Both the position numbers and the translations under genes were made by a program. Under the pieces are notes generated by a model. The model worked only from the letters and a program-made list of their open reading frames with translations. It made no database searches and was not told where the DNA came from. Of a DNA stretch of 64,000 nt, positions 1 to 9,883 are shown one piece after another; position 1 is the stretch's first letter; the number at the start of each line of letters is the position of its first letter. The DNA is taken from positions 4,384,001 through 4,448,000 of the forward strand of contig OZ241867.1 of the NCBI GenBank assembly GCA_965203175.1, written 5' to 3'. Origin of the DNA: Candidatus Latescibacterota bacterium. GTDB lineage: Bacteria; Latescibacterota; UBA2968; UBA8231.

Positions 1-38
1 CCACTTGGTCGTAGGTTCGAATCCTACCCGCGGAGCCA
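1..38 (+). tRNA. 3' half of a tRNA, probably tRNA-Asn (truncated by the window start)
   Basis: 3' strand of the anticodon stem (CCACT), T-arm GTAGG-TTCGAAT-CCTAC, acceptor strand CCGCGGA, discriminator G and CCA. A 5'-UCC start with a G discriminator is typical of tRNA-Asn; the anticodon lies outside the window. Confidence 0.85.
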
Positions 39-101
39 CTTAGACAACGGCCGGACGAACCGATCCCGATTTGGGGTGCGGTTGTCCGGTCGTTTGCATT
101 T
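35..101 (+). repeat. Direct repeat A, copy 1 (tRNA 3' end plus long hairpin; attL-like)
   Basis: gccacttagacaacggccggacgaaccgatcccgatttggggtgcggttgtccggtcgtttgcattt recurs at 2685-2750 with 1 indel and 2 substitutions. It contains a long stem-loop (46-94) followed by T-rich sequence, resembling a terminator. Confidence 0.92.
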
Positions 102-291
102 CTGCAACTTTCTTTCTGCTCTTCCAACACAACAATCCGTTGACAAATCACGTCTTAATTCTTGTTGATGGAAGAACTAAAAATGCGTAGTATGGCCAAT
201 AGTGGACTGCCGAAGTTGGCAGCGGAAACAGTCATTGCCACGCCTAACATAGCAACATAGAACCTGCCAGCTCCAACGCAGGAGGTTCGCT

Positions 292-2595
292 ATGGACCAT
301 CGAATCCGTTTCCAGATTCTTCGCTCTCTGGTACTGTGCGGATGCACGGCGCTGGGGGCATACGGAGAGCAAATGCGCTTTGACACGGCGTCGGAATGGA
401 GGCGATGGGAGCTCCCGCTCGGTGCGGTTGAACTCACACAGGACGGCACAATCCTTCCGGTCCGCATTCGCAAGGAGATCAACGCCGTGCTCAACGCTGC
501 GGATTTCGGCGGCGGCATCCACAGCGTCGGCTCGAATTCGCGACAGGCCGCGTTCGTCATGGACGGCGATCCGGCCACCGGCTGGAGCTTGGCCCCGAAT
601 GATTCCCCCGAAGATTGGTTCATCGAGATCGATCTGGGAAGAGCTGTTGCGGCCAGGAAGATAACCCTGATTTTCGACGAAGAAGCCCCGCCTTTTGAAC
701 TTTTCACACTCTTCTTGTCGACGGGCGAACAGGCCATCGACGTGGTCGACAATATCGTCGATGGCAGCCTAATCTATCGCTTCCAGGAACGGTTCAAGGG
801 AAACAAAAAACACCGAGTGACGCTGGACTTGGACCTGGCCAAACAACCGCCGGTCCAGTTCCTGAGAGTGGAATCGCTGCTCCACGTTCCCGGAGCGCGC
901 CTAGTAGAAGTGGAGGTGGAGGCTATCGGCGACAATATTGCGCTGGGTCTGCTGGAAAGAGGGGGAGGGCTGGAGATCATCCTGGATGTGGAGGGTGCCG
1001 GCGATGTCGCTACCCTAGGCAATGCCATGTCCATCGCAGACGGGAACTTCTCCGCATGGCTCCAGCCCCGCCGGATCAACAGCCAGGTCAACGTCATCTC
1101 ACACATGACGCTGGATCTGGGTGCTGTGTACTGGGTGGACTTGGTGCGCATCGTGGGCCATTTCCTGCTGGGTCCCAGGTCGCGAAGCTATTTCGACTTC
1201 GACACCTACGAGGTGATGAGTTCGGACGGCTCCCTAGCACCGGATGGGACCCGTATTTGGCATCGGCACTTCGTCGGCAAGAGTACCGCCCAGAACCAAC
1301 TTTGGCCTTTCGCCGAGCACCACTTCGAACTTATTCAGACCCGGTACGTGCGCATCGCCTGGGTGTATTTCGACGCTGCCTGCGCGGCGCTCTGGGCCAG
1401 CAGTACAGCAAATCCCTGCAATTTCTATGGCAGTACACGCGAACTGCAGGTTTTCGGCGAGGGACATCCCGCTAGGGTGACTTTCCACTCTCCGCTGATC
1501 GATCTGAAAGGGAAAAAGCAGGTGAGCGCCATCCGCTGGCGAGCGGACACCTCACTGGACACCCGGGTCGAGGTGCGCAGCCGCACGAGCAACGAGGTGC
1601 GGTACGACATCACCTACTACGACAAGAACGGCAAGGAAGTGACCGAAAGGAAGTGGAACAAACTGATCCCCAGCTTCAAAGGCCCCGTGGATACTACTTT
1701 GGTGCCGGGAGACGACCAGAGCCCCTGGAGCAATGTCTATCTGACGCCGGATCAGAGATTCCAGTCCCCTTCGCCCCGCCGCTATATGGAGTTGGAGGTA
1801 AGTCTGGTGTCCGAAAATCCGGCCCGGGCCGCGTCCTTGGACTATCTTGAGGTGGAGTTCCACGAGCCGCTGGCCGACGAGGTGGTAGGCGAGATCTTCC
1901 CAACTGCGGTACTGCCGGGCGAGGCGACGGAGTTTTCGTACTTCGTGTGGCCTGGGCGGACGTCTGGATTCGACCGACTAATGATGGCGTCCTCGGCGCC
2001 GATGCAGTTCAGGGAGGTGCTGGTCGCTGATCAGCCGACGGAAGCGGAGGTAGAGGAAACTGGGGAGGGATTTCAGGTCCAGTTTTCGCGCCCGATTCGG
2101 CAGCGGGAGTTGGTGGAGTTGCGCTTCACGTCTGCGGTCTTTCTGCAGGCGACGCGCTTCGATGTCTTTCTGGTGGACAGCGGACAGGAGGAATTGGGCC
2201 GCCAGGCGGTGGAGCCAGGCGATGCGGCTCCAGGGGTGGAGAGCAACACCAACGTGGTGAGTCTGCCAGTTTCTGCCCTCCTGTTTGCCAATGCGGCGCT
2301 TGATACCCGGGTGCTCACGCCCAACGGCGATGGGCGCAACGATGTGCTGGTGGTCTCGGTTGATCTGGTCAATGTGCTGGAGCAGCGGCCGCTGCGGATG
2401 CTCGTGTTCGATCTATCTGGGCGTTTGCTCGGGGAGGTCGAAGGGAAGGGGCTGGCCGGTCACCGGGAACTGATCTGGGATGGGCAGGACAGCAGCGGCA
2501 GGTTGGTGGTGCCGGGGCTGTATTTGCTGGAACTGCACGTGGAGGGGGATGCCCAGGTGGAGAAGGTGCGGTGGGGGGTGTCGGTGGTTTACTAG
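292..2595 (+). CDS. Secreted protein with discoidin/F5-8-like domains and a C-terminal FlgD-Ig-like domain
   Basis: 767-aa ORF with SD GGAGG upstream and an N-terminal signal peptide; DGDPATGW..IEIDLG motif; C-terminal TPNGDGRND..FDLSGR..WDGQDSSGRLVVPGLY. Confidence 0.8.
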   Translation: MDHRIRFQILRSLVLCGCTALGAYGEQMRFDTASEWRRWELPLGAVELTQDGTILPVRIRKEINAVLNAADFGGGIHSVGSNSRQAAFVMDGDPATGWSLAPNDSPEDWFIEIDLGRAVAARKITLIFDEEAPPFELFTLFLSTGEQAIDVVDNIVDGSLIYRFQERFKGNKKHRVTLDLDLAKQPPVQFLRVESLLHVPGARLVEVEVEAIGDNIALGLLERGGGLEIILDVEGAGDVATLGNAMSIADGNFSAWLQPRRINSQVNVISHMTLDLGAVYWVDLVRIVGHFLLGPRSRSYFDFDTYEVMSSDGSLAPDGTRIWHRHFVGKSTAQNQLWPFAEHHFELIQTRYVRIAWVYFDAACAALWASSTANPCNFYGSTRELQVFGEGHPARVTFHSPLIDLKGKKQVSAIRWRADTSLDTRVEVRSRTSNEVRYDITYYDKNGKEVTERKWNKLIPSFKGPVDTTLVPGDDQSPWSNVYLTPDQRFQSPSPRRYMELEVSLVSENPARAASLDYLEVEFHEPLADEVVGEIFPTAVLPGEATEFSYFVWPGRTSGFDRLMMASSAPMQFREVLVADQPTEAEVEETGEGFQVQFSRPIRQRELVELRFTSAVFLQATRFDVFLVDSGQEELGRQAVEPGDAAPGVESNTNVVSLPVSALLFANAALDTRVLTPNGDGRNDVLVVSVDLVNVLEQRPLRMLVFDLSGRLLGEVEGKGLAGHRELIWDGQDSSGRLVVPGLYLLELHVEGDAQVEKVRWGVSVVY

Positions 2596-2684
2596 GGCGA
2601 TTTGATAGGAGATAAGTCCAGATGCGGATCAGAAACCGGTTGCGATTTTTCACCGGTCGGTTTCAGTGAGTTGAGCATACGGGG

Positions 2685-2750
2685 GCCACTTAGACACGGC
2701 CGGACAAACCGATCCCGATTTGGGGTGCGGTTGTCCGGCCGTTTGCATTT
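2685..2750 (+). repeat. Direct repeat A, copy 2 (attR-like; hairpin may act as a bidirectional terminator)
   Basis: Near-identical to 35-101. Perfect outer stem acggccggac/gtccggccgt, located between convergent genes. Confidence 0.92.
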
Positions 2751-2775
2751 ATACGATGCGTCAAAGACTTAGCGC

Positions 2776-3831
2776 TTACTTAAACAGAGCCGCGTACGCG
2801 CCATAGCCTTCCTTGGCCAAATCCTCGATGGGAATAAAGCGCAGGGCAGCCGAGTTTATGCAGTAGCGCAGCCCAGTGGGAGGTGGGCCGTCCGCAAAGA
2901 CGTGCCCGAGATGCGAGTCAGCGTATTTGCTGCGCACCTCGACGCGGGTCATAAACAGCGAATTGTCGGTGTGCTCGACGATGTGATCCGGCTCTAGGGG
3001 TTGGGTAAAGCTAGGCCAGCCGGTACCGGATTTGAACTTGTGCTGCGAGCTAAAGAGGGGTTCGCCGGAAACGATATCGACGTAGATGCCCGCGGCCTTG
3101 TTGTCCCAATACAGATTGTGGAAGGGCCGCTCGGTGGCGTCTTCCTGCGTGACTCGAAATTGCAAATTCGTGAGTTTGGTGCGCAAGGTGTCGATGGGGG
3201 GTTTGGCGTATTGGACGCTAGCCGTTGGCGTCGGCAGATCTCTGCCCCACGTCTCTTCGATAAAGTGGTCGCGGCCCGATCCTCGACGATAGCGCTTGTA
3301 GTGCTCGGGGTTCTTTAAGTAGTAGTCTTGGTGGTACTCCTCGGCCGGATAAAAGGTGGTGGCTGAGCGAATGGGCGTGACGATGGATTTGTCAAAGCGG
3401 CCCGACTCGTCGAGGGCCTGTTTGCTGGCTTCGGCTAAAGTGCGTTGCTCTTCGTCGTGATAAAATATAGCCGAAGTATATTGATGGCCGCGGTCGTAAA
3501 AGGAACCCCCTGGGTCCGTGGGGTCGAATTGACGCCAGTAGATGTCGAGGAGCTGGCTATAAGAGACCTCTTCGGGGTCAAAGGTGACCAGTACGGACTC
3601 TATGTGCTTGGTCGCGCCGGAGCTGACTTGCTTGTAGGTCGGGTTTTCGCGTTCGCCGCCGGTGTAGCCGGAAACGGCTGAGACGACCCCCTCGACCTTG
3701 TCAAAGGGTGCTTCGATGCACCAAAAACACCCCCCGGCAAACGTCGCTTGGGCGTAGTTTTGAGCGCGGCTGGCTTGCGTGCTAAGCACGCACAAGGCCG
3801 CGCCGGTCAGAATGAATAGTTTGGCGTTCAT
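2776..3831 (-). CDS. msrAB: Exported peptide-methionine sulfoxide reductase, MsrA-MsrB fusion
   Basis: MsrA motifs FAGGCFWC and YHQDY; MsrB motifs [17 protein letters not shown] and RYCINSAAL. Start reassigned to ATG 3831 (SD GGAGG; signal peptide [17 protein letters not shown]). Confidence 0.95.
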   Translation of the reverse strand: MNAKLFILTGAALCVLSTQASRAQNYAQATFAGGCFWCIEAPFDKVEGVVSAVSGYTGGERENPTYKQVSSGATKHIESVLVTFDPEEVSYSQLLDIYWRQFDPTDPGGSFYDRGHQYTSAIFYHDEEQRTLAEASKQALDESGRFDKSIVTPIRSATTFYPAEEYHQDYYLKNPEHYKRYRRGSGRDHFIEETWGRDLPTPTASVQYAKPPIDTLRTKLTNLQFRVTQEDATERPFHNLYWDNKAAGIYVDIVSGEPLFSSQHKFKSGTGWPSFTQPLEPDHIVEHTDNSLFMTRVEVRSKYADSHLGHVFADGPPPTGLRYCINSAALRFIPIEDLAKEGYGAYAALFK

Positions 3832-3893
3832 AGATCCTCCTTTTGCGTTGGTTTCTTTAAGACGCTCTAAGTATGCCAAAAGGTTCGCACTAT

Positions 3894-5399
3894 CTAAAAG
3901 TACTGCCCCAATCCCACGGACAATTCGTACGAGCCCTCCTTTAATCCATAGGCGATATCGCCGCGCAACACCGGCGTGTTGTACACCTTGGGCCACCCTA
4001 AGCGAATGCCCAAGCCAGGAGAACAAACCATATTGGCCCTTTCTTTGTTAGGTGTCCAAGCTGCACCGCAATCCACAAAGGCGGCACTCGCGAGGGTGTA
4101 CCAAGGTCTGCGAATCAAAGTGGGGCGCGCTTCTAAGTTAAAAAGTACGCGTCTAGTGCCGTCGTAGCGCCGTGGGGCATAGCCGCGCAAGCCGCGCGCT
4201 AGGCCGAGGAGGAACTGGTCGGCGTCCTCGCTGCGGTGCAGTGCTTCCCAAGAGGCGCGCAAGGCAAGCGAATGAGCTACTCCTAGCCGAAAGTACGCGA
4301 TCGCGGATGCCGCGGCGAAGAGGTTGTAAAATTTCCCCTCGCTTCGGTGCGTGCTAGTGAACAAAGTCAGTTCGGCGTAGCTGCGCTTGGTAGGCTCGAA
4401 CCGCGGGACCAGGCGGGCTTGGTATAAAGAAAAAGTCCGATCCGATCCTAATGAGCGATGGGCGAAGCCCCAACGCAGCGACAGCCAACTGCCCGTTTGC
4501 AAGTCTTCTAGCGGACCTAAGTCGCGCATATAGCGGGCGCGCTTATAGCGGGGACGCCACACGAGGAGGCCGACATTCGGCACGATCCGAGTCCGGTCAG
4601 TAGGCGCGTATCTATCGCTAGAAATCGCGGTAAATCGACGGTGGGAAACCTGCAATTGCACCGAGGGGCGTACCTTCGTCTGCTCGCCATAGGAGTGAAT
4701 TAGCCAAATATGGCCGCCGTCGAGTGCGTCTTGATAGCGCGTTTTTAGTTGACCCTCCGAGTACAAGCGCTGTATGGACTTTTGGCTGAACATGGAAAGG
4801 CCATAGGCGCGGCGATCGGCCAGCGTGGCAAAGGGACGCGAGAAAGTTAGGGCATGGTCGTGGCCCTCGGCACCTGTGGCGAGCTGGACCGCTAGGGAGC
4901 GTCGGCTATTGCCAAGGCGCGGCTCGGCAAAGAGCAGCTCGGCCCAAGGGCCGGAAATGGCTTGGTTTTCGAGGCCCAAGCGCAGGCGTTGGCCGCGGCC
5001 GCGAAAGTTGTAGTCGAGCGCGACCACGCCAAAGCTCAACTCGTCGATTTGCCCCGAGATCAAGGGGGATAAGGCACGCGAGTAGAGATCCTCTACCGAA
5101 ACTGTCACCTCGATGCCATCGGGCTGGTCGCGCAAGCGGATATGTACTTCGCCGATAAAGAGCAAGCGCCGCAGGTTGCGCGCTGTCTCGGCAACGCGGG
5201 TGGAGTCGAGGACATCGCCTTCGGCAAAGAGCAGTTCACGGCGAATGACCTGTTCGTCAGTGCGCTCGAGGCCGTGGATGACAATGCGGTGGATGCGCCG
5301 AAGGCCGTCATCGGCGTGCGCGCGTCCGGCTGAGAGCAAAAGGACCGCAAGCAGGAAGATCCAACCCAGCGGAAAGTATGAGCGACTGTCGCACGACAT
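3894..5399 (-). CDS. Omp85/BamA-TamA family outer-membrane protein with a POTRA domain
   Basis: Signal peptide, POTRA-like [29 protein letters not shown] motif and C-terminal Phe. Confidence 0.85.
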   Translation of the reverse strand: MSCDSRSYFPLGWIFLLAVLLLSAGRAHADDGLRRIHRIVIHGLERTDEQVIRRELLFAEGDVLDSTRVAETARNLRRLLFIGEVHIRLRDQPDGIEVTVSVEDLYSRALSPLISGQIDELSFGVVALDYNFRGRGQRLRLGLENQAISGPWAELLFAEPRLGNSRRSLAVQLATGAEGHDHALTFSRPFATLADRRAYGLSMFSQKSIQRLYSEGQLKTRYQDALDGGHIWLIHSYGEQTKVRPSVQLQVSHRRFTAISSDRYAPTDRTRIVPNVGLLVWRPRYKRARYMRDLGPLEDLQTGSWLSLRWGFAHRSLGSDRTFSLYQARLVPRFEPTKRSYAELTLFTSTHRSEGKFYNLFAAASAIAYFRLGVAHSLALRASWEALHRSEDADQFLLGLARGLRGYAPRRYDGTRRVLFNLEARPTLIRRPWYTLASAAFVDCGAAWTPNKERANMVCSPGLGIRLGWPKVYNTPVLRGDIAYGLKEGSYELSVGLGQYF

Positions 5400-5430
5400 G
5401 GGATGGGGAGGCAGGTATAAGTTGGTGGCT

Positions 5431-5460
5431 ATCTTAACCGATACATAGTCAGTTTGTCAA
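5431..5460 (-). promoter_or_regulatory. Putative sigma70 promoter for the Omp85-family gene
   Basis: Minus strand TTGACA-N18-TAAGAT. Confidence 0.5.
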
Positions 5461-5552
5461 ACCAAAGCCTACATATGCAAGCGCGATGGAAGAAAGTTGA
5501 CAGCCTGCGCGAGAACGGCCTTATTTTCGCGCTCTAAGTTCGCAGTAGGACG

Positions 5553-6068
5553 ATGAACGAGGGCACCCCAACAACCGTCAAAGTGCTGCGCGAGCAGCTA
5601 GTAAACGCGCGCCAAGAACGCGACTTGGGCTTGTTGCGCGATGTGGAGGAGGGATTGCGCCAGCTAGGCAAGATCGGCTACCGCTGTTGTCTGGTCGATT
5701 TCGATAGCTGCCGGTTGCGCTATTACGTCCGCCTCTTGGGCTACGAACAGGCGCGGGTCAAAGCGCAGATCGAGTTTCCCATCTCCCAAGAAGTCGCCCC
5801 GGTGCAGTGGTTGCCGCTGTCGCATCTGGCCGATTACGGAGAGGCCGAAAATGCCCAAAGCATTCGCCGCATATACGAGGGGATGGCCCACTACATCCAA
5901 CACAAATCGCCGCCGCTGCAAGTGGGGACTCTGGCTCTCAACCGGCCTAGGCGGCGACCACCTAAAAGACCGCAACGGCGCGCGCGAAACAGGGTTTGGT
6001 TTTACTTGGGAGGCTTGGTCGTGCTAGCGGCTCTCGCCGGCTTCATTGCTTGGAGGGGTTTATTGTGA
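5553..6068 (+). CDS. Hypothetical protein with a C-terminal membrane anchor
   Basis: 171-aa ORF with SD AGGA, an Arg-rich stretch and then a hydrophobic C-terminal helix; stop overlaps the next start (TGATG). Confidence 0.7.
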   Translation: MNEGTPTTVKVLREQLVNARQERDLGLLRDVEEGLRQLGKIGYRCCLVDFDSCRLRYYVRLLGYEQARVKAQIEFPISQEVAPVQWLPLSHLADYGEAENAQSIRRIYEGMAHYIQHKSPPLQVGTLALNRPRRRPPKRPQRRARNRVWFYLGGLVVLAALAGFIAWRGLL

Positions 6069-6742
6069 TGCTACAGGAAATTCTTCGACCTCAAGGTCGA
6101 TCTGTGTGGATATTGGCTGGGATCCTTGGTGCTGTCGGGTGCAGCCAAAATTTCAGCGATCAGGAACCGGCGGTGGCCATGGCCGAGCGGGGATTCACCG
6201 CTCGCTCCACAACGCCAACCAGTACGACGCCAGCGTACCCTTTGGGTCAGGAGAGCGGGCGACAGGCGCTGGGGCCGCTCAGCGCGGTGGCTCCCAGGGG
6301 CTGGGTGGCGCAGCAGCCGTCTAGTTCCATGCGAGTGGCCCAATACGGCCTACCCGGCCCGGCCGGAGAAGCGACCTTGGGCATCTTTTTCTTTGGCCCC
6401 GAGCAAGGCGGAAGCGTAGAGGCCAACATCGAGCGCTGGTACGGCCAGTTCAAACAAGAGGACGGCCAACCGGCCCAAGGGCGGCGTTGGACGCGGCAGG
6501 TGAGGGACATCGAAATAACCGGAGTCGATATCAGCGGTACCTTCTCTGGGGGGATGGGGATGGGGATGGGGAGTGCGGAGCCCCAAGCCGACTATCGGAT
6601 GCTCGGAGCCATAGCCGTTCATCGCTCAGGCACGGTGTTTTTCAAGCTAACTGGCCCGGCCCAGACCATCGAGCAATGGGCCGCCAGCTTTGATGAGTTC
6701 TTGGGCAGTTTACAAGCCGGCTCAGGCGAGCCTGAATACTGA
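6068..6742 (+). CDS. Hypothetical lipoprotein
   Basis: Start at ATG 6068, coupled to the upstream stop; lipobox-like LGAVGC; motifs PSSSMR, GGSVEANIERWYGQF and FFKLTGP. Confidence 0.75.
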   Translation: MLQEILRPQGRSVWILAGILGAVGCSQNFSDQEPAVAMAERGFTARSTTPTSTTPAYPLGQESGRQALGPLSAVAPRGWVAQQPSSSMRVAQYGLPGPAGEATLGIFFFGPEQGGSVEANIERWYGQFKQEDGQPAQGRRWTRQVRDIEITGVDISGTFSGGMGMGMGSAEPQADYRMLGAIAVHRSGTVFFKLTGPAQTIEQWAASFDEFLGSLQAGSGEPEY

Positions 6743-6748
6743 GGGAAT

Positions 6749-7591
6749 ATGTATACGCAATTAGAAGACGAATTCGGCGACGTTGTCGGCAAGGCTCGAC
6801 GCGGGCAGGAGATTGCGGTCGCAGCACTAGCTGACCGAGTGGGACTGACTGCCGGGGATATTGCAAGGATTGAGGATTACGAACTGGTCCCGGCCGCAGA
6901 TACCATCGAGCGGCTGTCCCAAGCTCTCGGGTTGCACCCGGACAAATTGCAGGCAAGCGCAAAGCAGGCATTTTTCCCGCGCAATCCGGCAGGCCGCTCG
7001 ATTGCCGGGGCACAGGTGGAGATGATGGTGCTCGGCAGCGGCTTTCTGATGAACGGCTACATCATCGGCTGTGCAGCAACGGGCCGAGCTGCGATCATCG
7101 ACCCGGGATTCGACGCGGATAAAATTCTCCAGCGCTTGGCCGTCTCTGGGCTAACGGTCGAACAGATTTTGCTGACGCACGGACACCAAGACCACATCAG
7201 CGCCCTTGCTGAGATTAGTCAGGCCACGAATGCGCCAACGCGAATCCACAGCGGCGATTTGGCCCTAACGGGTAGCTTGGCCGGTCAAATAGAGGGAGAA
7301 CTAGCCGAAGGCGACGTCGTATCTATCGGCAAATTGCGCTTTGAGATTCGCGCCACGCCCGGGCATACGGCGGGTGGCATCAGCTTAGTCCACGAGGAAA
7401 TGGCGTTTGTCGGGGATGCGCTTTTCGCGGGTTCGCTTGGGGGCACTCGCAGTGTGGACAACTACCGGATGCAGCGCCAAGCCGTGGCCGAGAAGCTGCT
7501 CGGTCTAGACGCAAACGTCGCGCTCTTTCCCGGCCATGGACCGGCCACTACCGTCGGCGAAGAACGGGAGCACAATCCGTTTTTCTTGTAA
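6749..7591 (+). CDS. MBL-fold metallo-hydrolase with an N-terminal XRE-type HTH
   Basis: THGHQDH, TPGHT, GDALF and PGHGP motifs; the N-terminal ~70 aa look like an XRE HTH. Confidence 0.88.
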   Translation: MYTQLEDEFGDVVGKARRGQEIAVAALADRVGLTAGDIARIEDYELVPAADTIERLSQALGLHPDKLQASAKQAFFPRNPAGRSIAGAQVEMMVLGSGFLMNGYIIGCAATGRAAIIDPGFDADKILQRLAVSGLTVEQILLTHGHQDHISALAEISQATNAPTRIHSGDLALTGSLAGQIEGELAEGDVVSIGKLRFEIRATPGHTAGGISLVHEEMAFVGDALFAGSLGGTRSVDNYRMQRQAVAEKLLGLDANVALFPGHGPATTVGEEREHNPFFL

Positions 7592-7615
7592 AACTTTCAA
7601 ATGGCGTTGGGACGA

Positions 7616-8431
7616 TTACGGGGAGTCTGCCGCTGGGCGGGGGCTTCCCGTTTCTTTTAGCTCGTTGAGCGTCCAGTCGTATTCGTTGTATTCGATGGCT
7701 ACATCCTCGGTCAGCCCAGCGGCTAGATCCGGTGGGAGATACGGGCGCAGGTAGTTGACGATGGTGGGCATGTTTTCGGGGTTAGGTCGGTCAGATGGAA
7801 ACCACGCCGTGAAATCTTCTCCGTACCAGTCGAGGACTTTGGACAGATGCAGTTTTTTCGCTTGCAGGCTCACGTGGTTGGGGTCTTGGGCAAAGCGCGT
7901 TAGTGCTTGTTCCAAGTGGGCGTCGAGATCGGAGGCGGTAAAGGCTTGGTTATCCAGTTGCGGGCAGCTCAGGGCCGCGCAGTTGACTGCGAAGTGAATG
8001 CGCGGCTCTTGATAGGTTGGGCGAATAATTTTGTTTTCAACGTGATCTAGGGTCATCTCGCTCCCCCCAGCGACAAAGGTCTGGCGGTTGAAAAAGCCGT
8101 TTAGTACAAAGGCATCCTTGACGCTGGCGATGGGATAGGCGTCGATGACGCCCCGCAGGGTAAAGGCGTTGTACGCATTGATCCAGTAGGCTAACTCGTG
8201 TTCGCGAGTGGGAAATCGGTCGGGGTGGCTTGCTGGGCTATAGAGGCCGAGGCTATCGACATAGGCGTCGAGCTGGGCCCGGTTTTCGGCTAGGGCGGCG
8301 TAGCGAACCAAGCCTTGGTCATTGACGTACTCTTGGAGCACTTGATTAAAGGGACTGTGATCAAACGGAGAGGCCGCGCAAAGGACGGCCGGGACGAGTA
8401 GCCACAAGGGCAGAAAATAAAGTGGGCGCAT
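7616..8431 (-). CDS. DUF547 family exported protein
   Basis: LAYWINAYNA, EPRIHFAVNCAALSCP, LSKVLDWYGEDF and YDWTLN motifs; signal peptide. Confidence 0.9.
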   Translation of the reverse strand: MRPLYFLPLWLLVPAVLCAASPFDHSPFNQVLQEYVNDQGLVRYAALAENRAQLDAYVDSLGLYSPASHPDRFPTREHELAYWINAYNAFTLRGVIDAYPIASVKDAFVLNGFFNRQTFVAGGSEMTLDHVENKIIRPTYQEPRIHFAVNCAALSCPQLDNQAFTASDLDAHLEQALTRFAQDPNHVSLQAKKLHLSKVLDWYGEDFTAWFPSDRPNPENMPTIVNYLRPYLPPDLAAGLTEDVAIEYNEYDWTLNELKETGSPRPAADSP

Positions 8432-8467
8432 AATTTTTCCAATGGGTTAGGATGGTGCTAAGAATGT

Positions 8468-9880
8468 ATGACTAGACCAAATTTTATGCTAATTATCGCA
8501 GATGATATGAACTGGGATGCGGTGGGGGCATTGGGGTGTCCGACCGCGGGAACAACGCCCAATATCGACCGCTTGGCCGCAGAGGGATTGCGATTTGAGC
8601 ACGGTCATGTGACGATTGCGGTATGCCAACCGAGCCGCTCGGCGCTGATGACCGGGCGCTATCCGCATCTGAGTGGGGGCGAGGGCTTTTATCATTTGCG
8701 CTACAAAGGCGTGCCCATTCTGCCGGCTATTTTGCGCGATGCGGGATATGACGTGGGCATTTTGGGCAAAGTGACGCATTCGACGCCGTACCAGGCATTT
8801 CAATGGGATATGGCACGCGATCAGAGCCATTTGGGGCAGGGACGAAATCCCGAGGTGTATTATCAGTATGCGAAAAATTTTGTGCAGGATGCCCTAGATG
8901 GCGACCATCCGTTTTTTTTGATGGCAAATTCCCACGACCCGCATCGTCCGTTTTACGGCAACGACCGGTCCGAGTGGTATAGCGAACTCGATCCGCCGGC
9001 CGTGCCTCCCTCGCGCACGTTTGCGCCAGAAGAGATGATCGTCCCTGGGTTTTTGCCCGATATACCGGATGTGCGTTTGGAAATAGCCGAGTATTACAAT
9101 TCTGTGCGTCGATGCGATGATACGGTGGGGCGATTGCTCAACGTATTGGATGAAGTGGGTGTGGCGGAGAATACTTTAGTGATGTTTTTGTCGGATAATG
9201 GCATGGCATTTCCATTTGCAAAGACAAATTGTTATTTGAACAGTACGCGCACACCTTGGGTGGTGCGCTGGCCAGCGGTTATCCAGGCTGGGCGCGTGGA
9301 TGCCAAGCATTTTATTGCGGGGATAGATTACCTGCCTACGGTGCTGGATGCAATTGGCGTGGATATTCCAGACGGCGTTAATGGCAAATCGCTTTTGCCG
9401 GTGTTGCGGGGTGCAGAACAGGCTGGCTGCGGGCAGGTGTTCACGCAATTTCACCAGACGGCGGCACGGCGCAATTACCCCATGCGGTGCGTGCAAAATG
9501 CGCGGTTCGGTTACATTTTCAACCCCTGGTCCGATGGCGAACGAGCGTTTCGCAATGAGTCCCAGAGTGGTCGGTCTTGGCAGGCGATGCAAGAATCAGC
9601 GGCTAGCGCTCCAGAATTGGCCGCGCGCAACCATTTGTTTACGTATCGCGTGCTGGAAGAATTTTACGATTTTGCCAACGACCCCAATGCGCTGAACAAC
9701 CTGATTGATGACCCCAACTATGCCGATGAAATTCAGGGGCTGAGAAATGAGCTTGAGGAATGGATGGTGGAGACAGACGATCCGGCACTCGAAGCCTTTC
9801 GTGGTCGCGCATCGCAGCAGGCACTGGATGATTTGATGGATTGCCTAGCGGATGCGATTGGCAAGCGTGTGGATGAATAG
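8468..9880 (+). CDS. Formylglycine-dependent sulfatase (N-sulfoglucosamine sulfohydrolase-like)
   Basis: PNFMLIIADD, CxPxR motif CQPSRSALMTGRY, DPHRP and SDNGMAFPFAKTN; no signal peptide. Confidence 0.92.
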   Translation: MTRPNFMLIIADDMNWDAVGALGCPTAGTTPNIDRLAAEGLRFEHGHVTIAVCQPSRSALMTGRYPHLSGGEGFYHLRYKGVPILPAILRDAGYDVGILGKVTHSTPYQAFQWDMARDQSHLGQGRNPEVYYQYAKNFVQDALDGDHPFFLMANSHDPHRPFYGNDRSEWYSELDPPAVPPSRTFAPEEMIVPGFLPDIPDVRLEIAEYYNSVRRCDDTVGRLLNVLDEVGVAENTLVMFLSDNGMAFPFAKTNCYLNSTRTPWVVRWPAVIQAGRVDAKHFIAGIDYLPTVLDAIGVDIPDGVNGKSLLPVLRGAEQAGCGQVFTQFHQTAARRNYPMRCVQNARFGYIFNPWSDGERAFRNESQSGRSWQAMQESAASAPELAARNHLFTYRVLEEFYDFANDPNALNNLIDDPNYADEIQGLRNELEEWMVETDDPALEAFRGRASQQALDDLMDCLADAIGKRVDE

Positions 9881-9883
9881 TTG

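Noticed and set aside
102-291. Leader with several short inverted repeats as a riboswitch
   Set aside because: No known aptamer consensus was recognised, and the stems are short and imperfect.
3832-4026. N-terminal extension of MsrAB
   Set aside because: It overlaps the Omp85 gene; the SD and signal peptide support a start at 3831.
6551-6568. (GGGATG)3 microsatellite encoding GMGMGM
   Set aside because: It is short and in frame, so it cannot phase-shift; an ordinary low-complexity loop.
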